A DNA stretch of 64,000 nt from a bacterium (GTDB taxonomy: Bacteria; SAR324; NAC60-12): positions 736,001 through 800,000 of the forward strand of contig OZ242383.1 in the NCBI GenBank assembly GCA_965209155.1. Reading direction: 5' to 3'. This document shows, piece after piece, positions 39,838-49,806 of the stretch. The number at the start of each line of letters is the position of its first letter. Positions within the stretch are counted from its first letter, which is position 1. Position numbers and translations under genes: made by a program. Under the pieces are notes generated by a model that was given only the letters and a program-made list of their open reading frames with translations, ran no database searches and was not told the origin of the DNA.

Positions 39838-42021
39838 ATGACAAAATCGATAACGGCATATATTCCGATAGCTTTCATATTCAGCGGCTTTTGTTTGACC
39901 TGGAGTGGGTTGTATGCGGTAGCTGCAGATATCGAAACCATGCAATGGTATATTTATGGCTCCGCAATGCTTGCACTGGTTGGATTCATCCTCTTTTTAC
40001 GCAAAAAGAAAACACCCGCGGAGTTGCGCTTGCAAGCAGAAAATCTTCAAATGCGGGAAAAAGAAAAACAATTGACGCAACTGGAAAATCGTCTCAGGGA
40101 GGATGCCCTGGAATTGGATAAAAGGATACTGCAATTTAATCAGAAATTGAAAACCCACCACGAATGGTTGGAATTTCCCGTAGGAGAGGAGTCGTCCGAA
40201 ATTTATGAAGTAGCAAAGGAAATCAAGGCGCAGGACAGGGAAGTGGCGCAATTGTTGAAGCAACAAAGCGCATCCTTTTTTGAAAACATCAAACATAAAA
40301 AATATTACAAAGCCGGCAAGATTTGCGCCAGACCCTTATGGGAAGATATTCTCTCTCTCATCGAATCCGTGGCAAGAATCTACAATCCTCATGCCAGACA
40401 ACCCTTGTTGCAAACCAGTATCGAGCAACTCCTGCGGGCTATCAACCAGATCTCGATCAACCTGATCGTATTGCTCGATCGCTTGCCGGTCAATATCAAG
40501 AAAAGGACACTCGATGAAACTTATGGCTTCATTCAAAAGGGTGTGAAAGGGTTCGAGATTTATGAAAAAGCCATTCCTTACCTGGATTATATACAGCCAC
40601 TTTACTATTTTGGAAGAATGGCGCTCGGCGCCAATCCAATTGCCATGGGAGCAACGGCCCTTGCGGTCGAAGTGGGAAAAACCGGTACCAAACAATTGAC
40701 CATCCACATCAGCGAAAAGTACGCGCTGCGTCTCTTGCATGAAACGATTGCCATTCTCGCCAACGAAATGGTATCTCTCTTTGGAGGTGATTACCGGCAC
40801 CGTGACGCCAACTGGATTTATGGAGCGGAACTGACTGAATTGGTACATCAATTTCCGATTTCCCGCGAAATTTTACAGGCCGCTTTGAATGAAACGGGGA
40901 ACCTGCATCTACGCAGCGAATACGACCGCCTGTTTCTTTATCGTTGCCTGGCTTCTCATCAATCCCTTCATCCTGAAAAATATCCGGACGCTTTTCAAAG
41001 TCTCGATGAAAAAGAACGTCAAAATATTGCTCAGGGGCTGGAGAAATTCTATGACCGTTTTATTTACGGTCGTACGACCAAGCGCATCCGGACTTGGAAA
41101 ACAGGGGTGGAAAGTCGTTTGGGTTGTAAACTGCATTTAAATTCGACTTCCCCTTCTGCGGAACTCAAGACACCAGTGGTACGAAGCATTTTTTATTCGT
41201 TAGCCAGTTTTTTGTTGGAAATCAAAGATCGTGAAATTGCGGAAATTCCGCATTTATTGTCCCACGGTACACTCCTGGCTCGCCTTGAAAAGCCGCTACG
41301 GTCACAAATATTGCAAGATATTGCAGCCAATCCACCCATGATCTACAGTTATCCCGATTGTGAACCGGACAGCGAACTCCTGTCCTGCTATCTGGAGGAA
41401 TTATCAACCCTCAACGTGGAAGTCGCCCCTCACGACTCGCGTGGTGATGAGATTTTCAGAGGAGTGCTCCATTACTTTCGCTTGCACGAGAAAGCATTTC
41501 AAAAAAAGACGAACAGGCAATACACGGCGTTTTTGGAAAAACAATTGCATCCCGACTCGGTAGAACGAAAAATAAAATTTCCCGTTGCACGTGCTGCCCT
41601 GGCTGCTCTGGAAGGGGACCAAGCGCCTTATTACCTTTTCAAAAGAATCGCGCTCGAGTCGAAATGGGAAGAAACGCAATCGCCATCACTGCAAAAAAAA
41701 AGAGAGCTTTGGCTGCTGGGCACTCCTGCGCGTCTCATATTATTGGCGATATTTACCGGTTCCCGGTCCGACGAGGAGCAATCGTTGCGCCTATGGCAGG
41801 GAGACCGGCGCTCCCATCCTCCCATAAGGTTTCGTAAGGTCAAAAACAGGGTCATCCACGACTGCTGGATCGAAGGGGGCCAATGGAACAGGGAAATCGT
41901 TCCCCGCAGCAGGACTCCACAGGCAATTGTCCTCTCCGGCAGTCTTTTGGAACGCTATGAAAAATATTTTGCGCCCTTACTGGAGTATGCGGAAGGATTG
42001 GAGGCCGATGTCCGAACATAA
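39838..42021 (+). CDS. Hypothetical membrane-anchored protein with coiled coil
   Basis: Long ORF with two N-terminal hydrophobic segments followed by a heptad-rich region; no family recognised. Confidence 0.75.
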   Translation: MTKSITAYIPIAFIFSGFCLTWSGLYAVAADIETMQWYIYGSAMLALVGFILFLRKKKTPAELRLQAENLQMREKEKQLTQLENRLREDALELDKRILQFNQKLKTHHEWLEFPVGEESSEIYEVAKEIKAQDREVAQLLKQQSASFFENIKHKKYYKAGKICARPLWEDILSLIESVARIYNPHARQPLLQTSIEQLLRAINQISINLIVLLDRLPVNIKKRTLDETYGFIQKGVKGFEIYEKAIPYLDYIQPLYYFGRMALGANPIAMGATALAVEVGKTGTKQLTIHISEKYALRLLHETIAILANEMVSLFGGDYRHRDANWIYGAELTELVHQFPISREILQAALNETGNLHLRSEYDRLFLYRCLASHQSLHPEKYPDAFQSLDEKERQNIAQGLEKFYDRFIYGRTTKRIRTWKTGVESRLGCKLHLNSTSPSAELKTPVVRSIFYSLASFLLEIKDREIAEIPHLLSHGTLLARLEKPLRSQILQDIAANPPMIYSYPDCEPDSELLSCYLEELSTLNVEVAPHDSRGDEIFRGVLHYFRLHEKAFQKKTNRQYTAFLEKQLHPDSVERKIKFPVARAALAALEGDQAPYYLFKRIALESKWEETQSPSLQKKRELWLLGTPARLILLAIFTGSRSDEEQSLRLWQGDRRSHPPIRFRKVKNRVIHDCWIEGGQWNREIVPRSRTPQAIVLSGSLLERYEKYFAPLLEYAEGLEADVRT

Positions 42022-42173
42022 TTTTTTTTTTTGGTTGCTTCTTTCCGGCGCTTCCGTTAAAAATCTAAAACTACCTGAATCTGACACGTCCCGGCATTTC
42101 ACTCAATTCACGTTTCAGTGAATAGAAATACGGGAAATTCAAATCAAGACTTTATCGTTCAAGAAGAGATTTC

Positions 42174-42701
42174 GTGTTTTCTCCGGAAGTACAAAAGAGG
42201 GCGGAAAACATCCTCAGTCGCTATCCCATCAAAGCGAATGCCCTGCTGCCGATATTACACCTTGCCCAAAGAGCGAACAACGGGTATTTGACTTCGGAAT
42301 GTTTGCAACAAGTGGCTGAAATTTGCGACCTGCCGCCAACTCATGTGGAAGGCGTTGCCACATTCTATACCATGTTCAAATTCGAAGTACCGGGGAAATA
42401 TCACCTGCAGGTCTGTACCAACTTGTCATGCGGCCTTTGCGGAGGTGAAAAAATTCTTCGACATATCGAAAGTCGATTGCGCACTCATGCCGGACAAACA
42501 AGCGAGAGTGGACAATTCAGCGTCGAAGAAGTCGAGTGTCTGGGAGCCTGCGGGTACGCTCCGGTGATGATCGTCAATGAAGACTTTCATGAAAAATTAA
42601 CCATTGCGGAAGTAGACCGTATTCTGGATCAACTGGAGCAGGACACCAGCGAGATGCCGGAAAAAACACTTCCCATCGACAGACCCATGCGAACAACCTG
42701 A
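42174..42701 (+). CDS. nuoE: NADH-quinone oxidoreductase subunit E
   Basis: VATFYTMF, CTNLSC, ECLGACGYAP. Confidence 0.93.
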   Translation: MFSPEVQKRAENILSRYPIKANALLPILHLAQRANNGYLTSECLQQVAEICDLPPTHVEGVATFYTMFKFEVPGKYHLQVCTNLSCGLCGGEKILRHIESRLRTHAGQTSESGQFSVEEVECLGACGYAPVMIVNEDFHEKLTIAEVDRILDQLEQDTSEMPEKTLPIDRPMRTT

Positions 42702-42735
42702 TGCGAACCACGGAACCCATCATCATGAAATTGCC

Positions 42736-43992
42736 ATGCTGGAAGAAACACTAATCCTCTTTAAAAACGTCAGACAACCCGGATATCGAGGGGACTTGCA
42801 GAGCTACAAGGCAGCAGGCGGTTATGTGGCACTCGAAAAAGCCTTGAAAATGCAGCCTGAAGACCTGGTTGAACTTGTCAAAGAATCGGGATTGCGAGGT
42901 CGGGGTGGCGCAGGATTTCCGACAGGACTCAAGTGGAGTTTCATGGCAAAAGGTACGGGTAAGCCCAGTTACCTGATCATCAATGCCGATGAAGGAGAAC
43001 CCGGTACGTTCAAAGATCGTGAAATCATGCTCAAAGAGCCTCATATGTTTTTGGAAGGTTTCATGATTGGCTGTTATGCTTTGGGATGTCACCATGGTTA
43101 CATATATGTACGTGGAGAGTTCGTTCCGGCCATGCGGCGATTGCAGGAGGCGGTGGACGAGTGCTATGCTGGCGGAATCCTGGGGCCGGGACTGATGGGA
43201 AGTGATTTCGAGTTGGAAATGACCTTGCATCCAGGAGCCGGGGCCTATATCTGCGGAGAAGAAACGGCGCTTCTGGACTCATTGGAAGGCAAACGCGGCC
43301 AACCTCGCACAAAACCTCCTTTCCCCGCCGTGGCAGGATTCAATGGTTGTCCCACCAGCGTGAACAACGTGGAAACCCTGATGTGCGTTCCAGTCATCGT
43401 CAATGAAGGGGCGGAATATTTCAAATCCCTGGGCACGCCCAACAATTCGGGCACTCACCTGGTCAGCTTGAGTGGACACGTCAACAAACCCGGAGTGTAC
43501 GAATTGAAAATGGGGGTCAACTTAAAGGACATCATCTATGAAATCGGTGGTGGAATTCCTGGCGGTAAGAGGCTGAAGGGCGTGATTCCCGGGGGCTCTT
43601 CGGTGCCGGTACTGAGTCCGGACGAAATAGACCTTCCTTACGACTTTGATTCATTGGCCGAGGCGAAAAGTTTGATGGGATCTTCCGCAATTATTGTTTT
43701 TGACGAGGACACGGACGTGGTCGAGTTCCTGTATCGCATCGTGCAGTTTTACAATCACGAATCCTGCGGACAATGCACCCCCTGCCGGGAAGGTACCAAT
43801 TGGAGTCGACAGATCTTGCGCGAATTTGTCAACCGGCAAGGATCTCCGCAAATGTTGAGACGACTGTACCGCGTGGGTGGAAACATGCTGGGGACGACCT
43901 TGTGCGCGCTGGGAGATGCCTGCGCCATGCCCATCCAAGCCTTTGTGGATAAATACCCGCAAGACTTTCGTTCCCATTTTTCGGGCGTTTGA
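42736..43992 (+). CDS. nuoF: NADH-quinone oxidoreductase subunit F
   Basis: GLRGRGGAGFPTG, NADEGEPGTFKD, YICGEETAL, ESCGQCTPCREG. Confidence 0.96.
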   Translation: MLEETLILFKNVRQPGYRGDLQSYKAAGGYVALEKALKMQPEDLVELVKESGLRGRGGAGFPTGLKWSFMAKGTGKPSYLIINADEGEPGTFKDREIMLKEPHMFLEGFMIGCYALGCHHGYIYVRGEFVPAMRRLQEAVDECYAGGILGPGLMGSDFELEMTLHPGAGAYICGEETALLDSLEGKRGQPRTKPPFPAVAGFNGCPTSVNNVETLMCVPVIVNEGAEYFKSLGTPNNSGTHLVSLSGHVNKPGVYELKMGVNLKDIIYEIGGGIPGGKRLKGVIPGGSSVPVLSPDEIDLPYDFDSLAEAKSLMGSSAIIVFDEDTDVVEFLYRIVQFYNHESCGQCTPCREGTNWSRQILREFVNRQGSPQMLRRLYRVGGNMLGTTLCALGDACAMPIQAFVDKYPQDFRSHFSGV

Positions 43993-44016
43993 TAACTGTA
44001 TTATTGAAAACTGGTC

Positions 44017-45609
44017 ATGCCGACATTTTATCTCGATGAAAAACCCGTCGAATTCGAAGCAGGAGAAAATATCCTCTCCGCCGCTTTAAAAGCCGGAATT
44101 GAAATACCTCATTATTGCTACCACCCCGCCTTGTCTGTTGTCGCCACCTGTCGTATGTGTCTGGTCGACGTAGTCGACATGGGCAACGGCCGGCCCGCTC
44201 CCAAGCTGATGACTTCCTGTTCCACGGATGCAGCGGAAGGAATGAAGGTACTCAGCCATAATGAGAGTGTGCGGGAAGGCCGGGAATTGGTGATGGAATT
44301 CCTGCTGATCAATCACCCTCTGGATTGTCCCATTTGCGACCAGGCGGGGGAGTGTACCCTGCAGGATTATTCTCACGACTATGGAAGCGGTCAATCTGAA
44401 ATGGAATATTCCAAACGGGTCTATGGCTGGCGCGACATCGGCACTTTCGTCATGCTGGAACGCAACCGCTGTATCCACTGTACCCGTTGTGACCGTTTTA
44501 CCCGGGAAATCACGGGCACCCATGAGTTTGGTATGTTCAACCGGGGCCACCAATTGACTGTCGACACGTTCACCGACCGTCCGATGACCAATAAATTTCA
44601 AGGGAACATGGCCGATATTTGTCCGGTAGGTTGTATCACGGAACGAGAATTCCGTTTCAAGCGACGTGTCTGGAAATTGAAAAAAACCAACTCTATCTGC
44701 ACTCATTGCTCCACGGGTTGCAATATCACGATAGAAGAGGATAAAAACACGGTGGTCCGGCTCAAACCCCGCGAAAATCAACAAGTCAATCAATGGTGGA
44801 TGTGTGACGATGGCCGTGTCAGCGTGAGACGCTTCAAAAAAAACAGAAACCGCCTTTTGCAGCCCGAGGGACGTGTCAGGGGGGAACTGGTCAGAGCAAC
44901 CTGGGAACAAATTTACCGGGCATTGAAGACTAAAATCGACTCCCTGTCACCCGTCGCCGCCGAAGTGCTTGCCATCACAGACACCCATGCAAGCAACGAA
45001 GAACTCTACTTACTGAAGAAATTGACAAAAGATGTTTTTAATTCCGACAACGTCTTTTTTCCACTCCGTCCCTGGTCTCAGCCCAACACCGACTATTTTA
45101 TCGATTCATTGATCACCAGCGATAAAAGTCCCAATCGCGCGGGGGCCATCGCATTGCAATTGATTGGCGATGAAGAGGATACCCGCCTGCAAAAAGCCTT
45201 GCAGGGTCCTCTGAAACTGGTAGTGGTGCTCGGCAATCCTTTTGCGGAAAAACCGGAAATTCAAGATCAGGTCGGCAAGGCGGAATTGATTGTCTATATC
45301 GGTACTGAAAAGAATTCCTGGGCAAAATACGCCGACGTCTTGTTGCCAGGTCGAACTCATGCTGAAAAAGAAGGAACCTTCACCAACAAAAACAATCGGG
45401 TCCAGCGTATCTTGACCGCGGTCAACGCCCCTGAATTCACCAAACCAGAATGGATGATTCTCAAGGAATTGATCCAAGTCATGGAGAAAGAAGCCGATTT
45501 TGAATCGGTTCCGGATATTTTTGACGCTTTGGGTTCCAACGTTGAGAGTTTCAAGGGAATGACCTACGGCCATATTGGCAGTCTGGGCTGTCAGCTGCCG
45601 GCTCAATAA
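44017..45609 (+). CDS. nuoG: NADH-quinone oxidoreductase subunit G (short, 530 aa)
   Basis: PHYCYH..CRMC, HPLDCPICDQAGEC, CIHCTRC, CTHCSTGC. Confidence 0.9.
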   Translation: MPTFYLDEKPVEFEAGENILSAALKAGIEIPHYCYHPALSVVATCRMCLVDVVDMGNGRPAPKLMTSCSTDAAEGMKVLSHNESVREGRELVMEFLLINHPLDCPICDQAGECTLQDYSHDYGSGQSEMEYSKRVYGWRDIGTFVMLERNRCIHCTRCDRFTREITGTHEFGMFNRGHQLTVDTFTDRPMTNKFQGNMADICPVGCITEREFRFKRRVWKLKKTNSICTHCSTGCNITIEEDKNTVVRLKPRENQQVNQWWMCDDGRVSVRRFKKNRNRLLQPEGRVRGELVRATWEQIYRALKTKIDSLSPVAAEVLAITDTHASNEELYLLKKLTKDVFNSDNVFFPLRPWSQPNTDYFIDSLITSDKSPNRAGAIALQLIGDEEDTRLQKALQGPLKLVVVLGNPFAEKPEIQDQVGKAELIVYIGTEKNSWAKYADVLLPGRTHAEKEGTFTNKNNRVQRILTAVNAPEFTKPEWMILKELIQVMEKEADFESVPDIFDALGSNVESFKGMTYGHIGSLGCQLPAQ

Positions 45610-45627
45610 TCAAATTCGAGAGGATTC

Positions 45628-46143
45628 ATGTTGTTGACCTTTTACATTCTCGCCACCGTTTCCGTGCTCAGTTCATTGGGGGTACTGGTTTGCCGCAGTC
45701 CTGTTTACAGCGCGATGTCCCTGGTTTGCACCTTCTTTTGCTTGGGCGGAATATACGTTTTGCTCAACGTGGAGTTTGTAGCGGTAATCCAGATTTTGAT
45801 ATATGCGGGGGCTATTCTGGTGCTTTTTCTTTTTGTCATCATGCTCCTCAATATAGCGCCGGCTGGAGAATCGATTCGCTTAAATCTCCCCCGGGGGCTG
45901 GCCATAGGCATAACCATTGGGTTGCTTATTCAAATTTCCGCCATGTTCCTGAGCAGTATTGAATATGGCCCCAAAGATATTTACACCCTGGAAATCATCA
46001 AGGAAGAAGGATCAATTGGACTGATCGGCCGTTTGTTGTACGGGGAATACGTACTTCCCTTCGAGGCCGTTTCAATCCTATTGCTGGTTGCGGTCATCGG
46101 CGCCGTGGTTATTGGTAAACGTCGTATCAAGGAAAACCAATGA
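45628..46143 (+). CDS. nuoJ: NADH-quinone oxidoreductase subunit J
   Basis: [32 protein letters not shown]. Confidence 0.93.
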   Translation: MLLTFYILATVSVLSSLGVLVCRSPVYSAMSLVCTFFCLGGIYVLLNVEFVAVIQILIYAGAILVLFLFVIMLLNIAPAGESIRLNLPRGLAIGITIGLLIQISAMFLSSIEYGPKDIYTLEIIKEEGSIGLIGRLLYGEYVLPFEAVSILLLVAVIGAVVIGKRRIKENQ

Positions 46144-46442
46144 TTCCCACTACTCATGTGCTGATTCTCAGCGCTATATTATTCGCCACCGGAGTCTTGG
46201 GCGTGATGCTGCGTCGCAATGTGATCGTCATATTCATGAGCATTGAATTGATGCTCAATGCGGTCAACCTGTCTTTTGTGGCTTTTGCCCGTGAAATGGA
46301 TTCAATGGCCGGCGTAATTTTTATTTTCTTTATTATTGTCGTTGCTGCCGCTGAAGCGGTTGTGGGATTGTCTATCATCCTGTCAATTTACCGCAATCGA
46401 CAAACGCTCAACGTAGATGAATACAACTGGATCAAGTGGTGA
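46140..46442 (+). CDS. nuoK: NADH-quinone oxidoreductase subunit K
   Basis: [20 protein letters not shown]. Confidence 0.95.
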   Translation: MIPTTHVLILSAILFATGVLGVMLRRNVIVIFMSIELMLNAVNLSFVAFAREMDSMAGVIFIFFIIVVAAAEAVVGLSIILSIYRNRQTLNVDEYNWIKW

Positions 46443-46499
46443 CGTTGCGCACGTCCGAGACCAGTCGGTGTCCTCGGTGACGCTTTGTGGAGAACCTTT

Positions 46500-48407
46500 A
46501 TGCATCAAATATGGCTCGTTCCGGCATTTCCGCTCATCGGATTCATTCTCAACGGACTGTTTGGAAAGTTTTTTGGAAAACGTTTCGTCAGTTTTGTAGG
46601 GCCCTTGACGATCGGATTTTCCTTCCTGCAGTCGTTGGTGCTCCTCTTTCAGATGCTTGCCAGTGAAAACCGGGTCTTGCACGAAAACCTCTATACCTGG
46701 ATGCAGGCTGGAAATTTGAGTCTCAACGTTGGGTTTACGGTCGATCCGCTTTCCGCGCTTTTTTTACTGATCATCACCGGTGTCGGTTTTTTAATCCATG
46801 TCTATTCGATCGGGTACATGTATGAGGAGGAGGCTTATTACCGCTTTTTCAGCTATCTCAATCTTTTCGTATTTTTCATGCTCATCCTCGTGTTGGGGGA
46901 CAACTTCGTGCTCATGTTTGTCGGTTGGGAGGGTGTCGGACTCTGTTCCTACCTGCTGATCGGTTATTATTTTGAAAGGCAAACGGCAATTGACGCCTGC
47001 AAGAAAGCATTCATCACCAACCGCATCGGCGATTTCGGTTTCCTGGCCGCCGTGATGCTGATCTTTATTTTTTTTGGAACCCTGGCCTTCGAGGACGTCA
47101 ATTCTCAAGCTGCTTCGGTACTGGAACCGGGGGGCGTGATCGTCACGCTCATCACGTTGTTCCTTTTTTTGGGAGCAACCGGCAAGTCGGCGCAAATTCC
47201 TCTCTACGTCTGGTTGCCGGATGCCATGGAGGGGCCCACACCGGTTTCCGCGTTGATCCATGCCGCCACCATGGTCACCTCCGGCTTATACATGTTGGCC
47301 CGGCTCAGTCATTTGTTCATCCTCGCGCCCGTCACGATGAATGTGGTCGCCATCATTGGCGTAATCACTGCGATCTTGGCGGCATGCATCGCTATCACGC
47401 AAACGGATATCAAACGAGTTCTGGCGTATTCCACCGTCAGTCAATTGGGATACATGTTCCTGGCTATGGGGGTCGGAGCATTCGGAGTCGGCGTTTTTCA
47501 TGTGATGACTCATGCCTTCTTCAAAGCCCTCTTGTTCCTGTGCTCGGGTGCCGTAATCCATGCCTTGCACCATGAACAAGACATGATGAAAATGGGAGGA
47601 CTGAAGAACAAGCTTCCCGTGACCTATTTCACGATGCTCATCGGCACTATCGCCATTGCCGGAATTCCTCCTTTTGCCGGCTTTTTCAGCAAAGATGAAA
47701 TCCTCTGGAAAACCTGGAGCAGTGGAAATTTCTCCCTCTGGTTGATCGGCTTTATCACGGCAATTTTGACTTCTTTTTACATGTTCAGACTCATTTTCCT
47801 CACCTTCCACGGGGAATCCCGGGTGGATTCACGCAGAGCGGCTCACATCCATGAAGCGCCTTTCTCTATGCTCGCTCCTTTGGTGATCCTGGCCATTCTT
47901 TCAATCTTTGGTGGATTGTTCGGCGTGCCCCATATCCTGCACTTTCTTCCCAATGGTATGGAGTGGTACTTCGAAGGTTTTTACGCGCAAGCGCCTGCCG
48001 GTCATGGTTCCGCCAGCATGGAAGCGTTCCTCATGGTGGCGTCCGTCATTGTCGCCTTGCTTCCACTTTGGTTTGCCTGGAAACTTTATGCGAGAAAATT
48101 GGATCAGGTCAGTATGTGGAAAGAAAAATATGCTTTTCTCTACAACGTTTCCTTCAATAAATTTTTTGTGGACGAAGCTTATGACATTTTATTCATCCAA
48201 TCCATCAAGAAGCTTTCAACCGTCGTTTTCTGGCGTTGGTTCGATCTCGGGGTGATCGATCGCCTGGTTCACCTGAGCGGAGATTTTGCCCGGGCCTCCG
48301 GGGGGATGATCCGCACCCTGCAAAACGGGATTTTGCAACAATATGCCCTCATATTTGCCTTGGGTGCCATCATCATCCTCTGGTACCTGATATTTCTTCC
48401 ACTTTAA
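46500..48407 (+). CDS. nuoL: NADH-quinone oxidoreductase subunit L
   Basis: GWEGVGLCSYLLIG, KSAQIPLYVWLPDAMEGPTPVSALIHAATMV; start chosen after the ggaga RBS. Confidence 0.96.
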   Translation: MHQIWLVPAFPLIGFILNGLFGKFFGKRFVSFVGPLTIGFSFLQSLVLLFQMLASENRVLHENLYTWMQAGNLSLNVGFTVDPLSALFLLIITGVGFLIHVYSIGYMYEEEAYYRFFSYLNLFVFFMLILVLGDNFVLMFVGWEGVGLCSYLLIGYYFERQTAIDACKKAFITNRIGDFGFLAAVMLIFIFFGTLAFEDVNSQAASVLEPGGVIVTLITLFLFLGATGKSAQIPLYVWLPDAMEGPTPVSALIHAATMVTSGLYMLARLSHLFILAPVTMNVVAIIGVITAILAACIAITQTDIKRVLAYSTVSQLGYMFLAMGVGAFGVGVFHVMTHAFFKALLFLCSGAVIHALHHEQDMMKMGGLKNKLPVTYFTMLIGTIAIAGIPPFAGFFSKDEILWKTWSSGNFSLWLIGFITAILTSFYMFRLIFLTFHGESRVDSRRAAHIHEAPFSMLAPLVILAILSIFGGLFGVPHILHFLPNGMEWYFEGFYAQAPAGHGSASMEAFLMVASVIVALLPLWFAWKLYARKLDQVSMWKEKYAFLYNVSFNKFFVDEAYDILFIQSIKKLSTVVFWRWFDLGVIDRLVHLSGDFARASGGMIRTLQNGILQQYALIFALGAIIILWYLIFLPL

Positions 48408-48413
48408 AAAAAC

Positions 48414-49034
48414 ATGGATTTCACCCATTCCCATTTTTCTCGTCCATTATCCGCAATGAGGATGTCCCTGCTTTCTTGCATTCCAGAGGTTTTTGTGAAA
48501 TTTATAAACCCTTGCTTTCTTTTTATTTTGGTTTGCCTCTCTATCACCCCCCGGGTGTCTGCCCTGGAAACTCTTGAAATCGGAATCGTTGATTTGAATC
48601 GCGCCATCAACGAATCGGAAGAAGGAATCCGTTCCAGAAACCTGTTGGAAGAGGAAGGACGTCGCATGCAGCAGGAACTGAATCTAGAGGAGGAAGCATT
48701 GAGAAATCAAGCAATCAAATTGCGTGAAAATCTGCTCCTCACAGAAACGGCGAAGAAAGAGAAAGAAGCCGAATTGAAACAACAGGAGCAGGCTCTCATT
48801 CAGAAAGGCCAACAGTTCGAACAGTCCCTCCGCTCAAAAGAGCGACAAATGACCAATCAAATGATCAACGAATTGAAAGCCGTGATACGTACGGTGGCCA
48901 GAAACGGAAAATTTGACGTTGTTTTGGAAAAAACAGCCTCCGAAATCATTCTTTACATACGCAACGAAATCACGGATTTGACTGAAGAAGTGATCGATCA
49001 TTACAATTCTCTCAAAACCCCGGTCAAAGAATGA
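48414..49034 (+). CDS. skp: OmpH/Skp periplasmic chaperone (true start probably further downstream)
   Basis: IGIVDLNRAINESEEG, coiled coil, DLTEEVI. Confidence 0.82.
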   Translation: MDFTHSHFSRPLSAMRMSLLSCIPEVFVKFINPCFLFILVCLSITPRVSALETLEIGIVDLNRAINESEEGIRSRNLLEEEGRRMQQELNLEEEALRNQAIKLRENLLLTETAKKEKEAELKQQEQALIQKGQQFEQSLRSKERQMTNQMINELKAVIRTVARNGKFDVVLEKTASEIILYIRNEITDLTEEVIDHYNSLKTPVKE

Positions 49035-49474
49035 CGACCATTGTCTACGATCTCGAGCAAATAAAGGAGATTTTACCACAGCGTTATCCTTTTCTTCTCA
49101 TCGATCGTATCCTGGAACTGGCCCCGGGTGTTTCATGCAAAGGCTTGAAAAATATTTCTGGAAGTGAACCATTCTTTCAGGGACATTTCCCGGATTATCC
49201 TGTGATGCCGGGTGTTCTGGTGGTGGAAGCCCTGGCGCAGGTGGGAGGCGTGGCTGCGCATTCGGAAGTGAAAGGCATTCCTAAAATTCTTTTTGGAGGC
49301 ATCGAAAAAGCGCGTTTCAAACGCCCCGTCATTCCTGGTGACCAATTGATTCTGGAGGTGGTGGTGGAAGCCCATCGTCAATATCTCTGGCACTTTGCCG
49401 GTACGGCGTCCGTGGACGGAAACGTGGTCGCAACCGCCCAGGTTAAAATGATGATATTTCCTCCCCAAGCATAA
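49031..49474 (+). CDS. fabZ: 3-hydroxyacyl-ACP dehydratase
   Basis: RYPFLLIDR, FFQGHFP..PVMPGVL..EALAQ. Confidence 0.95.
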   Translation: MTTIVYDLEQIKEILPQRYPFLLIDRILELAPGVSCKGLKNISGSEPFFQGHFPDYPVMPGVLVVEALAQVGGVAAHSEVKGIPKILFGGIEKARFKRPVIPGDQLILEVVVEAHRQYLWHFAGTASVDGNVVATAQVKMMIFPPQA

Positions 49475-49523
49475 TTGAATGAGCATTCCCGGCAAGTGAG
49501 TGAATCCCAACTGAAAAAGAATC

Positions 49524-49805
49524 ATGTTTTCCATTGATGAAGTGCAAAAAATTGCCAATCTCTCCAATTTGGAGTTGACCGAAGAAGAAAAAAAAACTTT
49601 TGCTCGTCAATTTTCCACTATCCTCGACTATTTCAAGGTGCTGGATAGCCTTGACGTTCCCCCTGAATTTGCGGACCGGGACGAGAGCATGCTGGTTATT
49701 TTTCAAGACGATCACAGGCAACTTTCTCCTGTTGCTCCCGAACATTTCAGTCCTTACACTGAAAACGGTTGTTTCAAGGTTCCCAAAGTGATCGACGCTT
49801 CATGA
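49524..49805 (+). CDS. gatC: Asp/Glu-tRNA amidotransferase subunit C
   Basis: EVQKIANLSNLEL...ILDYF...FKVPKVI. Confidence 0.9.
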   Translation: MFSIDEVQKIANLSNLELTEEEKKTFARQFSTILDYFKVLDSLDVPPEFADRDESMLVIFQDDHRQLSPVAPEHFSPYTENGCFKVPKVIDAS

Positions 49806-49806
49806 T

